From the human T2T-CHM13v2.0 reference genome, Homo sapiens, in assembly GCF_009914755.1 (NCBI RefSeq), contig NC_060925.1: 64,000 nucleotides of DNA. The stretch is one strand, 5' to 3'. A model generated the notes under the pieces. It saw only the letters and a program-made list of their open reading frames with translations. It made no database searches and was not told the origin of the DNA. Numbering within the stretch: position 1 is the first letter of the stretch; the number at the start of each line of letters is the position of its first letter. Shown piece after piece: positions 40,853 through 54,402 of this stretch. Both the position numbers and the translations under genes were made by a program.

Positions 40853-42097
40853 ACTCTGATGTTTGGTGTAATATAAGTGTTTTCCTTTTAAATTATGTTA
40901 AGTATTTTTATTTCTTGAAAAATCATTAGTATTTTCATTAGTCATTTCTGAATAGTCATCTAACAATATCATGTCCATTTATATCTTAAAAAACCTATTT
41001 ATAAAGCCCTGAAAACCACTAAAGAGCCAGAATTCTCATTCTTTTTCAAATTGATTACTGCTAGTCTATTCTATAAATAAGAAGATCAGTTTGGAGTTCT
41101 CATTGTTTTCCTTGTATTCAAAAGATTATTTGGATAGATTGGGGAGACAGTTCATTTTCCAAATCCTAGAGTGTAATATTTTATTTAAAGGAAATTTAGT
41201 AAATACTAACAAATGGTCTGTATAATAGTAAAATATTTATAGGCAGTCAACCCGATACACACATCTCTAATAAGATGTTAGTTTTATTTCAGTATTGTGG
41301 AGACTTATCAATGACTGTGAAGACTTATCAGTGATTTTGGACTTACCAGTATTAAATCAGTTATTTGAACTTGTTAGAGCTCTCTAGCTCACACATAATT
41401 GACCTCTCTAGTGCCATAGATTGCCTCAGTGACACCCAAATGAATCTACTGCTCTTCCATCTGTTTGCACAGTATTTCATTATTTGCCTTTCTTTATCAC
41501 TAATGCCCTCTTATGTTACTTATTTTTCCTCTCAGTTTCCTTCATTAGTAATGAACTTCTTGAAGATAGGGGCATGGTTTCATTCATCTTTGTTCTTTCC
41601 GGATCTACCATACCATCTGGCACCTATAGGTGTCTAGTATTGTTTGTTGAATGAATGGATGGATGAACATTAAAATTCACTCAAAAAATACCACTGTCCA
41701 TACAAAATAGTTCTGAGACTTTTGCATGATAAAGACCCACTCAGGGACAGGTTTGTTGGAATTGAATAGAGACAGAGAAACAACCATGATCAGAGAGAGT
41801 AATTTTAAGTCACAGAGAAAAATTTGTAGAGTTTAGATAGTGGAAGACAAAAATGTGTAGAGTTTAGATAGTGGAGGACAAAAATTTGAGTCATAGTGAG
41901 TTCTTGGGCACTGCTAGATCGTTGGGCAGCAGAAGTAAGATAGAAATGGAGATTGTTGTAATAAAAACAAAAATAATTATGAGATGAGGGTGTTAAGAGT
42001 ATCATAACATGAATGTAGTGACTGTGCATTAATTGCAGAATATATTAAGGAAAAACCTGTAACTTCTAGCATAAAGAAGTGACCAAATAAGTGGTAC

Positions 42098-42826
42098 TGA
42101 AGCAAAGTCATTGTCTGGGGTAAATACCTGAGATTCATTGTCTTGCACCAAGAAAATTAAGGACATGGACACACACACAAGGAGTGAGTTTAGGAGCAGA
42201 GGTTTAATAAGCAAAAGAAAGAGAAAGGAGAACAGCTGTCTCAAAGAGAGAGAGGGAGAGATAGGGAAAGAGAGAGGAAGAGATAGGGGCAGAGAGGAGA
42301 GACAGAGAGAGAGGAAAGAGAGAGAGAGAGAGACAGAGAGAGATCACGATTGAGAAATCTGGCCTGCACCAGAGTGCACCAGATTTTATAGGCAGGCTTG
42401 AGGAAGCAGTGTCTGATTTGCATAGGGCCCAAAGATTGGTTGGACTCGGTATGACATTTGCATAGGAAGGCTGGCCAGGAAGGCTGGCTGCTCCACCCTA
42501 ATCTTATGCAAACAGGCTTTCCACTTGGCAGGTGCCATGTTGCCTGCTCCTTACTGTACACGTGGCTGGCAAGGAGACGGGAACATGGAGCCGCCATTTT
42601 GAACATGCCTAGTCCCAGGTGGTCTTTTCCTATTGGCACAACTGCTGGCATTCACCCGTGGAAGCTTCCAACTTGCTTCTCTATGTCTGCAGCTCGATTT
42701 TGCAGGCTGCTCTTTGTTAGAAAAGAACATGATTTTGGGACTGCTCTTCATTAAAAGGTAAACCTTACCAAGGACTCCTGTACCCTCACTATCTGCCTAA
42801 ATAATTTCTCCTTAACTCCTGTATCA
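42098..42826 (-). mobile_element. ERV1 (MER4-group, possibly MER61-like) solo LTR hosting MIR4428
   Basis: TG...CA termini; near 4-bp TSD gtac/gtaa; minus strand begins TGATACAGGAGTTAAG; internal (GA)n. Confidence 0.8.
42525..42597 (+). ncRNA. MIR4428: MIR4428 precursor hairpin (mature ~42570-42591, CAAGGAGACGGGAACAUGGAGC)
   Basis: 73-nt TTGGCAGGTGCCATGTTGCC...GGAACATGGAGCCGCCAT matches the recalled hsa-mir-4428, annotated in an RYR2 intron; arms are imperfectly complementary. Confidence 0.85.
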
Positions 42827-44548
42827 GTAACAAGATGGTGGCATAGATTACAAAAATGGATAAATGTTTAGGGCCAAGTGTCCAGAATCACTGGAAAGCT
42901 ACAGAAGACATTTAAAAAATGCTCATGTCTTCTGCTGGACCCAGTGGTATCTGTAAAGAGATAGGTGCAGGGCAGCCTCAGAGCAGAGTGTTAACACTGG
43001 CTGAATCAACTGCACAGCAAAATGCTTAACTGGAAAACAGAGAGAGAAAAGGCATGAACAGAGCCAAGCATCCTTTAAGGTCAACCAAGTACAGTCCAGT
43101 GTTTTCAGAGTCTTCAGTTTTGTCAGTTACAGGCACAGTTTCATCAGATACAAATTATTATTTGCTGTTGTCTTTTTCCAGTCAATCTGTTGATTGCAGG
43201 CATTCCTACTGAAAAGGGAAGCCCTGTGCTCAGAGATAACATAATGAAAGTCAAGGGAAAGAAGGACCCTTAGAGTATATTTAATCTAACATTCTTACTT
43301 TAGAGGAAAAGAAACTGAGGCAAAGAACATTTAAATGACTGACTCAAAATCTTAGAAAAATTATTGTTACTGCCAAGGTTAAAACTCAGCTCCCTAGCAT
43401 CAGACTTGAAATATGACCATGATACTCTGTAGCTCTTGTTTTTTAAGTATCTAAAATATATTTTGCTGAGCAATTTTTTCTACTGTAGTTAACATTTATG
43501 CTTTTAATGAACTGTTTTTTCCCCAGAGGAAGTGGTGTTGCTTAGTTTTTAGAGGCAGTAACAATGATGAGATGCACATGTGTATGTATATAACTTATTT
43601 CAATTGTGCTTTCCTCTTTACAAAGTGCATACATATGCATCATTTTTTTCCTCTCTGTAATAAGTCTGATGTTGCTGAACACACACTCTCCTCATCTTGT
43701 TGGTGCCCTAGCTGCAGATTCAAACTGAAGAATTCTTGAGTAGAAAAGGGATCAAAAGTAGGGTTAATTGTCTTCCTGGGATCTAGACCATTCTAGTCTT
43801 TACTGCCTTGGCAGGTCCCCAGTGCCTTGGTTGTTTTGGTTGATGGCTGGCCTGAAACACCTCGTTTACCATTGCCAGATGCAGAACAATGCCTAGGATT
43901 GCCTTAAAAAACAACATTGGAAATGAAGTGATGAATCATAGGTGAATAGTTAAATTATATTACAACAACATTTTCAGCTATATTATAGGTATTGCAAAGA
44001 ATTGTTTAGATGTATATCCTGAAATAGATTTAGAATATATTTTTAAGTGAAAATTCATTTTTAGAATGTGTGATAGGATATATTTTTGTAAAAAAAAAAA
44101 AAAGTGAAGATGAAAGTAGAAAGAAATAAATGAAAAGAGGAAAGAAGGGGCAAAAACCCTGTGTAATATGTATATATGTCTTTGCACGCATAGGCTGTAG
44201 AAATGTGTACACCGCTGTTTACTTTGGTGACCAAGGAGTTCAAATTAGAGGAAAGAAAAAGAGTAAAACACTGGGTTCTCTAGGACGGGGAATTGCTTGT
44301 CAAAACTTGTGATAAATAGCAAATGGGAAGTCATTAGACCCAAAGGATAGAGAAGAAAGGGTCTAATGAACAGTAACACCAATTATTTTTCCACCTTCCT
44401 TTTACTTTTTTTTTTTAATTGCTTTTTCCATTATTCTTTACATTCTACCACTAATTTAGTGGCAGGGACAATAGTGTTATCTACCCGATAGGGCTGTTAG
44501 GGGGATTAAATGATTAATATTTGTAAAGTACATAAAAAAGTATTTGGT

Positions 44549-44830
44549 GGGCGGGTGTGGTGGCTCACACCTGTAATCCCAGCACTTTGGGAGGCTGAGG
44601 TGGGCAAATCAGCTGAGGTCAGGAGTTTGAAACCAGCCTGGCCAACATGATGAAACCCTGTCTCTACTAAAAATACAAAAATTAGCAAGGCATGGTGGCA
44701 GGTACCTGTAATCCCAGCTACTGGGGAGGCCGAGGCATGAGAATCGCTTGAACTTGGGAGGCGGAGGTTGCGGTGAGCCGAGATTGCACGACTGCACTCC
44801 AGCCTGGGCGACAGAACGAGACTCCATCTC
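44549..44830 (+). mobile_element. AluS lacking a poly(A) tail
   Basis: Full dimer ending in actccatctc, followed directly by (TTTC)n. Confidence 0.95.
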
Positions 44831-44911
<81 letters not shown>

Positions 44912-44945
44912 TTCTTTCTTTCTTTCTTTCTTTCTATCTATCTAT
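44831..44945. repeat. (TTTC)n/(TCTA)n microsatellite
   Basis: About 105 bp of TTTC units, then TCTA units. Confidence 0.97.
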
Positions 44946-45283
44946 CTGGCATATATGTACTTATTAAATTAGATCTGTCCATCCAATAATTCCAGTTAGA
45001 TTCATACAAAGTTGCCTGGCTGTAGATATTACATATTGTAAGAGGCCTTTTATCAACATGGTGTTCAGCTGCAAATAAGGGAAAGTTCTACTACCCTGAC
45101 CCAAACTAGGAAGGAGCGGGGCAGTCAACAGCACTTGAGTTCCATGCCATCGACCACCCAGGCTCCTGCCATTTCTCCTTTCCTCAGTGCCCCCTGCCTG
45201 TGCGTTGTTTTCTCTAATGCTGGCAGATGGCTGCAGCCTACAGGTTGCTGCATCTTTACTCCAGGCAAGAGGATTGAGGTAGG
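44943..45283 (-). repeat. Left arm of long inverted repeat
   Basis: Reverse complement of 46180-46519; ORFs 44964..45314(-) and 46139..46498(+) translate almost identically. Confidence 0.97.
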
Positions 45284-45664
45284 ACTCAACCAACGGAGAT
45301 ACTGATAATGACAAGCATTACCTCTACATTTACATGGCCAATAGACAGACCTCTCTCTAATATTATTACAAACAGTAGTATCTTTTCAACATTTCATGAA
45401 TTTACTTCCAAATATGATTTTACACTGACATGAATCATAGCTCCTGTCATTTCTGTTGCCAATAGTGAGGAAAAAAAGCTGATGAATATGGAAAGGGGAA
45501 AGACGTGTGAGTAGAAACACAAACGGCAAAGCTGGAGTAGAGGCTCCGGGAGTTGACAGGTGCAGGAAGCTGAGCTGCCGTCAGCCCTGACTGTCAGCTG
45601 TGTGTAGGTGTGTGTGAGGGCCACAGAAGGGAGTTATCTATACATAAATATGTATGTACGTGTG

Positions 45665-45674
<10 letters not shown>

Positions 45675-45695
<21 letters not shown>

Positions 45696-45770
45696 AGGTA
45701 TCTATACATATATATGTATATATCTATACATATATATGTATAGATACCTACACACACACACACACACACA
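45675..45770. repeat. Perfect 46-bp inverted repeat with 4-nt spacer
   Basis: (TG)10 TAGGTATCTATACATATATATGTATA - TATC - exact reverse complement. Confidence 0.95.
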
Positions 45771-46179
45771 TACATACATATGTACATGCATACCCCTACC
45801 TGTTGGGCAAGGGGTTTGAAACAGTTTCAGTTTTCCTGACAACGTAACTGGTTTTACCTCAAGCCTTTCCCACTCAATGTTCTATATATGCCTGGGACCA
45901 CAGTGATTAAGAAGTCAGAGTGAATACCTTTACAGACAACCAGAAACATATTTAAGGCTTGTGAAGAAGATTGTGTAGATTGCCTAACCTAGTGCTCTTG
46001 AACCACATTCTTCCCTCCCTTCTTTAGTTTTAGAAGCTGAGAAGCAAAATTCTCAAAATCTTAACCTCACTTAAAACTGCGGGTGCCCATATTGCCCCAT
46101 TCTGGCCTGTAATATCAGCTAAACTCCCTGGGAGAGCTTTGCTTCCCAAAGAAAGCCTTTCTAGGAGAAAGACTCAGGC

Positions 46180-46593
46180 CCTACCTCAATCTCTTGCCTG
46201 GAACAAAGATGCAATAACTGGTAGGCTGCAGCCATCTGCCAGCATAAGAGAAGACACCTCACAGGAAGGAGGGACTGAGGAAAGGAGAAATGGCAGGAGC
46301 CTGAGTGGTCGATGGCATGGAACTCATGTGCTGTTGACTGTCCGGCTCCTTCCTAGTTTGAGCCAGAGTAGTAGGACTTTCCCTTACTTGCAGCTGAACA
46401 CCATGTTGATAAAAGGCCTCTTACAATGTGTAATATTTACAGCCAGGCAACTTTGTAAGAATCTAACTGAAATTACTGGATGGACAGATCACATTTAATA
46501 AACGTGTGTATGCCAGATACTATTTTATATGCTTTACAAATACTAATAATTTAATTCTAACAACTCTATAGGTTAGGTAACATTATTGTCCTG
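46180..46593 (+). repeat. Right arm of long inverted repeat (3' part of an old LTR16/MLT1-like LTR, flank, and MIR-like start)
   Basis: Matches 44943-45283 and, beyond the Alu, 44463-44548. Confidence 0.92.
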
Positions 46594-47074
46594 TTTAATA
46601 GATGAAGGGACTAAGGCTCAGAGAAATTCAATAAGTGAGCTAACACAGAACCAGCTCCCGGAGCCAGGCAGTTTGGCATCAGTATCCTTGATCTTAATCA
46701 CCCCACTGTGTTCTCTAAAGATTCTTACTGACTATGAGATTATGAATGGAAATTAAAATATGTATAGTTATATTGATGGGGTGTTCTCTTATTTTGGGGT
46801 TCTGTTTTTGTGGGGCTTTTTTATCTTTTAATAAGCTAAAATTTCTAAGCAGGCTTTCATAGGCTTTCTCTTGATCTTAATTTCTTTGAGCCTCCTGGTG
46901 TATTCTTAAATTCCCCAATTATATTTACATTTTTAAATACCATGGTGAGAAATGATCTGAGGCCCCAAAGTTAGGAAATAAGAAAAAGTGTGGGTGGTGG
47001 TAGTAATAAATCATTTATAGTGGAAGTGGAAGCAAAAATTATACAGAGACACATTAGCAACACCAAGGGAGTTT

Positions 47075-47220
47075 TTTAAAATTTATTTTAAATTGACAAA
47101 CTATAACTGTATAGATTTGTGGGATGTGGTGTGATGTTATGATGTATGTATATAATATAGGATGATTAAATCAAGCTAATTAAATATCCATAACCTCAGA
47201 TACTTGTCAGTTTTTGTGGT
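47075..47220 (-). mobile_element. L1MA-type 3' end fragment
   Basis: aattgacaaa...gatgattaaatcaagctaatta...tttttgtggtga. Confidence 0.75.
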
Positions 47221-47689
47221 GAAAGCACCAGTGACACCAGTCACTATGTATACTAAGAGTATCTGATCAGTTCATACGCATGACCACTCTGAATTCCTTT
47301 GGGGAATGAAAGATAAATCACATATTTTCCCTGACTTCAAGTGTGTCTAGTGATTATGTCGCTGGGCCAAAGTTAATTGAAAAGACAAAAGATTGGTATG
47401 AGTAAGTACAGTTGATTGAGTTGATGTATTTCAGAATGGTGGCATTTTCTTCTGGATGTTCTCAGTCCTTGAAATACGATTTGGGGGCAAGAGATAGCTG
47501 ACTAAAAACTGCTAGTCAGGAGGCTACAGAGTATTTCTGAGTTTGACTTTTTGTGCAGTCTGTTCCCTGCACAGTTTTGCAGTGATGAAAGTGGTCTCTC
47601 TTTGGCATTCCTGCCATTTCTTCCCCTCTCTTAGTAAGTGCCAGTGAGTGAAGTCCTGTCTGGGTTTAAGCCAAAGAAGGAGTCTTTGA

Positions 47690-48075
<386 letters not shown>

Positions 48076-48561
48076 TTAAGGCTTCCAAAGTCCTTATAAT
48101 TCTTTCTTGCAGAGTATAAGCTCATCATTTTTCAAAGATGAAAAAGTTGTAAGCTGTGGAATAAATTGTGCCATAATCTTGTGTAGCAGGAAGTTTTCCT
48201 CCTTGATATTTACTTAAGTGTGGGCAATTGAATTAGAAAGAACAAGAGCTCACATGATATTTATTGTCTGAGATCCATTATTAGTGATGCAGAAATCATA
48301 GCTAACTGATTTGAGTAGTACCAACAATTCAGGCAACACTATTGACTTTCTCCAGGGTTAGTTTGGAGGTGGGATACCAGCAACCTGTGCTCATTCACTA
48401 CTTTTTTCTGATTTTATTTTCCCTTTGCATAGCCCTTTAGGGTGGCATTCCACAAAAATCTTAGTTAGCCAGAGGAATAAAAGAGGAAGTCTTGTCTCGT
48501 AAAACCCACCGAATCCATTAAGGGCTTACTTGAGAAAAACTGCTTATTAGAAAACAAAATC

Positions 48562-48933
<372 letters not shown>

Positions 48934-51467
48934 TTAAGTTTCATTGTCAGGGACAGAACTGAAGTTTTGGCTTTTAGGCACTGTTACTGACAGATGGCTA
49001 TTTATTACCATTGTCTGGTCTGATTGCATCTTGCTCATACCATTCTAGTTATTAAATATTTTTAGCATCACCCTTGGTCAAGTAATTGCATTGTGTCACT
49101 TGCTTTCCGTCAAGTTTAAGTGTCTGTTACCTACCTAAGGTACATTGTCATGGCTTAAAGCCTCTGTGTGGGTCTGAGTTCAGAGATGCTTCTCTGCATT
49201 GTGAGTAACTTAGTTCAGTCTTCTCAAGCCAACTTGCCTCTTGATGGCCCTTTTAGTCCTAAGCTTTTAAAGTGGGAGCATATGAACACAGTAGTCAAAA
49301 GAGGGAAGTCATTTGCCACCCACCCAAATGTTCCATCTGCAGTATCGAGGCAGGGTGCACCACTGTCCAGGCAGTCCCCTCAGGGTCAGTGTGATATAGT
49401 GAAAGTAGTCTTGATGGATATTAGCCGAGGTGCTTTGGCACCCATGAAAGGTACCTGCTCTGGAGAGAGGTGACCAGGATGAGGTCTCAGAGTGTAGTCA
49501 GCCCATTAGGATACAATGTCCTAATTGTGGGCAATAGGGCCTGTTCCAAAGTTTCCTACTATTTCGTTATCAAAAAACAGGGTTCATCCCTACCAAGACT
49601 GACTCATCAGAAATGGCAGCTCATTTTAAAATCATTCTATTTCTATCTTCTTTGCTGCTATGTTTAGGAGAAGCAGAGCTCATAGGTTACAGGTATGGAT
49701 TTTAGAGTTGGACTGGCCTAAGTCCAATCCCAGCTCCACCGTTTATATAATAGCTGTATGACCTTGACCAAGTCGCTTAGCTCCTCTGTGCTTCCCGTTT
49801 TTTAACCTGTCAATGGGAATGGTAAAAATATCTGCCTCAAAGTGCTCTTAGTGACACTACAAATGTGCTTATTAAATTAAATGTATAAAAATACCACAGT
49901 ACGCACCTAGCACCTTTTATTTTTGGATTTAGCAGTTGTTGGTAGCTACAAGATTAATTTGATTTATTAAAAGCAAGGTTTTCCCATGTTCACACTGCTA
50001 AGATATGATATGGAGAATTTCAGATGGAAACGCATAATAATAGCAAAGGCTGATACAAGTTTTACTATGTTTTGGATACTGTTCTAGTCTCTTTAAATAT
50101 ATTAACTTACTTAATCTACACAATAACTTTATAAAGTGAATAATATTAGTATTCCCATTTCACAGCTGGGAAACTGAGACATGGTGAAATTGTCTTTCCA
50201 AGGCCAGACAGCATGTAAGCCACCGAGGCAGGCCTTAAGGGACCCCCCTACCCTCGCTTACCATCTGGCTGCAAATTTCATGCTCTTTCCCTTCATAATA
50301 GATAATGTCTCAGTTGGGGGCCAGCGGGATGGATAGTGATGGAATGAGTGTGCACTGTATGTTATTTGAATGTGATGAAGAAATAGAATAACTCTCTCAT
50401 GTAAATAGGCAAGTTCAATTGTTGCAGATCTGTAGAATTTCAGTGAAAGTGAAAGTGTTTTCTGGAGGCTTCGTAACCCACCTAGCCTCCCTTGTGGCTT
50501 TACTACCCCTCTCTTGAGTTACATTGGGTGATGCAGGCTTAGTGGCGAATGATTCAAAATACTACTCTTCATTAAATCACAAAGTGTTTTGGTCTTCTGG
50601 TAGTACTTTCTCATATTCTCAGGTCTGAAGTGATTTGCTCAGTTTTCCAAAAATACATCCACTTTGAAATGCATTAAGTTGTTGTATTTCACCCTACACA
50701 TACTGATATATCTCACAACTATATACCATTCTGCACACAGTGCCCTATCTAAAATTGTGCTTTTTGTCAATGTATTGCACAACCTTTCTCCTTCCTTCCC
50801 CTTACTTTACACTTGCTAACTACAACAACTAGACTATTCTATGCACCTTTATTTGTTTTCTTTGCGATCACTGGGAATGATGCGCTTGGTTTGTCTTTAT
50901 ACTGCAGGAGAACTTTTAAAATTGATGTAACGATGAAGCTGATGCTATGCTCAGTTTACATTTCTGCCCAAAATGATAGCTCTCAATAAATATTTGCTGC
51001 TTTGAGGTACACATCTTTTGGAAGAACTTGCTCCAGGGGATCCATCTTAAAAAATTCTCAGGTGTTTATGTCTTGTAAACCTTTGAGTAAGGCTTTAGAG
51101 CAAACAGTTACATCTGCCAGCATTTCTGTGGGTACTGACGTTTCACAGGGAGACCCAGAGTCTTAGACTTTTGAACATTATAATGACTGCGTAGTTTTTA
51201 ATTGTGCAACGAAGGAAATCTCAAGTGAATTTAGGGCACTGTGCTGACAGTGTCATATGCATTACTCCACTGGATTTCCACAGTTACTCTATAAGGTAGG
51301 TTTTATTACAATTTCCATTTACAAATGAAGAATCTGAGGCTACACAGCTCAGATGTCACCTTTTCAAGGTAAAAGGAAACTAATGAACCTAGGAATGAAC
51401 CTCTGTAGTCTGTCTGTAAGCTCTATGAGAGCAGGGATGAGGCCAATTTTGCTCCTCATTTTGCTCA

Positions 51468-51878
<411 letters not shown>

Positions 51879-52551
51879 CTATCTGGCATTCAACATTTTC
51901 TTAGGTTTTGAGATGTGGCAATTTATACAAATAAATGTTTGTATAGCATAAAAATTCTAATACCGTTACTTGTTGTATAATGAACTGCTTTTAGTTGACA
52001 TTCTCTTTTCTTTTAACTGGACTTTAACTTCTATAGTTTGTCTATTTTTTTATAAATCATGGTTCCTTAAACTGAAGGCAGCAAACCATCAGGGGCCTAA
52101 TTAAGGCTGCATAGTACATTATAATTACAGTGCTCATTTTGTGTGTTTTATTTCAGCTAATTTACTCCAGCAAACTCCTGACTCATATTCATCTTTTCTT
52201 CTAATAAAAGACTCTTGGTCCATCATTTTTGTTTGTCTGTTTTGCAAATGCATCCACGATATTCCCTCATTCTGTATATGGATAATGATGTGATCCACCT
52301 TTTATCTTCACTAACTTCCATTTTTATTTATTTTTCTCTCCTTTTCTTAATTTTGCCAAGCCGTGTTATATTTTAGTTTTAACCTCTGTTGCTTTTTTCT
52401 CCTTTTTGGAGCTTTATGAGTGCTCAAGATTTAATGGGCTTATTTTCTTCTTTAGCCACAAAACCAGCATAAAAATATGAAGCATATGTAATTATGTATT
52501 TTGGTAATTTGGCTTGAGCCCAAATCTCTTGGAATTGTTATTTTTAAGTGT

Positions 52552-52582
<31 letters not shown>

Positions 52583-53492
52583 CACATATATATATTCATA
52601 TCAATTTATTTTTCTCTATTTCTGTGACTTACGGAAACTCTATTTAGAGTAATGTATTTATTTCATGAGTTAACCCCCTGTTAACAGGAAGCAAAATGTG
52701 CACTGCTTCTTTTTTCTTTTCTTTCTGATTATATGTAAAGAATAAAAAGTTAAAAAATAATTTACCAGTTTATCTTATATTGAGACTCAAATGATTTCTT
52801 GACTTCAAATTTATACCCATTTTAAACAAACAAAAACATTTTTCTCCGGCTCAGTGGTGATTCAGTTTGTGATACACAAAATTCACTGCAAACATTTAAA
52901 AAGATGTGTTGTAATTATGCTATATATTGACTCATCATTCAACTCTTGCTATTTGTTTTGGGTAGACCCAATTCTCCTTGGTAGGAAGAGCAAACTAAGC
53001 TTCCAGTTAGCTCAAGCTAGACGTTTCTATAGTTCCTACTTTCTCATTTTCCCTCATGGTTGTGCTTACTCTTGAAAATAAGACAACTTAGATGCAATGC
53101 GTAAGTTATCACTCATTGGCAGTTTAATTTAAACTCGTGGAAAAAAACAACAGATTTGTGCCTTTACAGAACCCTCTCAGATGCACAGGCCCAGATACAA
53201 ATTACTGCTTTTACACATAACTCAGATTCTTTCCCTTACAGCCTCACCATTGCTGTGTAGCAAAAAAAAAAAAAAAAAAAAAAAAAACCACCTCCCAAAC
53301 TCCTTGGATCTTGTGCCAACATGGAACTAGCTAGACCATGTCTTCTCTACAGCAAACTGCTGCTTACTTCATTTGCATGTTTTTCTTTTTTCATGATGTT
53401 GGTTTCGTAAGAAGACACTCCTGTTAACCAGGGGTGCTTTATGCTTTGTTTTAGCATTTATTAAACCCTAAGTCTTAGTTGAACTTTCACTA

Positions 53493-54402
53493 CTTTTTTA
53501 ATTTTATGAGTACATAGTAGGTGTATATACTCATGGGACACATGAGATGTTTTGATACAGGCATGCAATGTGAAATAAGCACATCATGGAGAATGGGTTA
53601 TCCATCCCCTTTCAAGCATTTCTTCTTTGAGTTACAAGCAATCCAGTTACGTTCTTTAAGTTAAAGAGTTAATTGTACATTTAAAATGTGCAATTAAGTT
53701 ATTATTGGATATAGTCGCACTGTTGTGCTATCTAGTAGTAGGTCTTACTCATTCTTTCTATTTTTTTGTACCCATCAACCATCCCTACATTCCTCTAGAG
53801 CCCCCCACTACCCTTCCCAGCCTCTGGTAACTATCCTTCTACTTCCTGTGTCCATGAACTCAAATGTTTTGATTTTTAGATCTCGCAAATAAGTGAGAAC
53901 ATGTGATGATTGTCTTTCTGTACCTGGCTTATTTCACTTACATACTCATCTCCAGTTCATCCATGTTGTTGCAAATGACTGGATCACATTCTTTTTTATG
54001 GCTGAATAGTACTCCATTGTGTGTATATACTGATTTTCTTTATCCATTCATCTGCAGACGGACATTTAGGTTGCTTCCAAATCATTGCAATTATGAACAG
54101 TACTGCAACCACCATGGAGTGCAGATATCTCTTCGGTATACTGATTTCTTTCTTTTGGGTATATACTCAGCAGTGGGATTGCTGGATCACATAGTAGCTC
54201 AATTTTTAGTTTTTTGAGGAACCTCCAAAATGTTCTCCATAGTGGTTGTACTAATTTACATTCCTACCAACAGTGCAGGAGGGTTCCCTTTTCTCCATAC
54301 CCTTGCCAGCATTTGTTATTGCCTGTCTTTTGGATGTAAGCCATTGTAACTGGAGTGCAATGATATCTCATTATAGTTTTGATTTGCATTTCTCTGATGA
54401 TC
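53493..54402 (-). mobile_element. L1MA-type LINE-1 3' portion (antisense)
   Basis: tacatagtaggtgtatat...ataagtgagaacatg...gttttgatttgcatttctctgatga. Confidence 0.9.

Noticed and set aside
44964-46498. Two near-identical ~118 aa ORFs on opposite strands that look like a duplicated gene pair
   Set aside because: They are the translated arms of the inverted repeat in LTR-derived sequence, with non-ATG starts, many amino-acid changes and no recognisable protein family.
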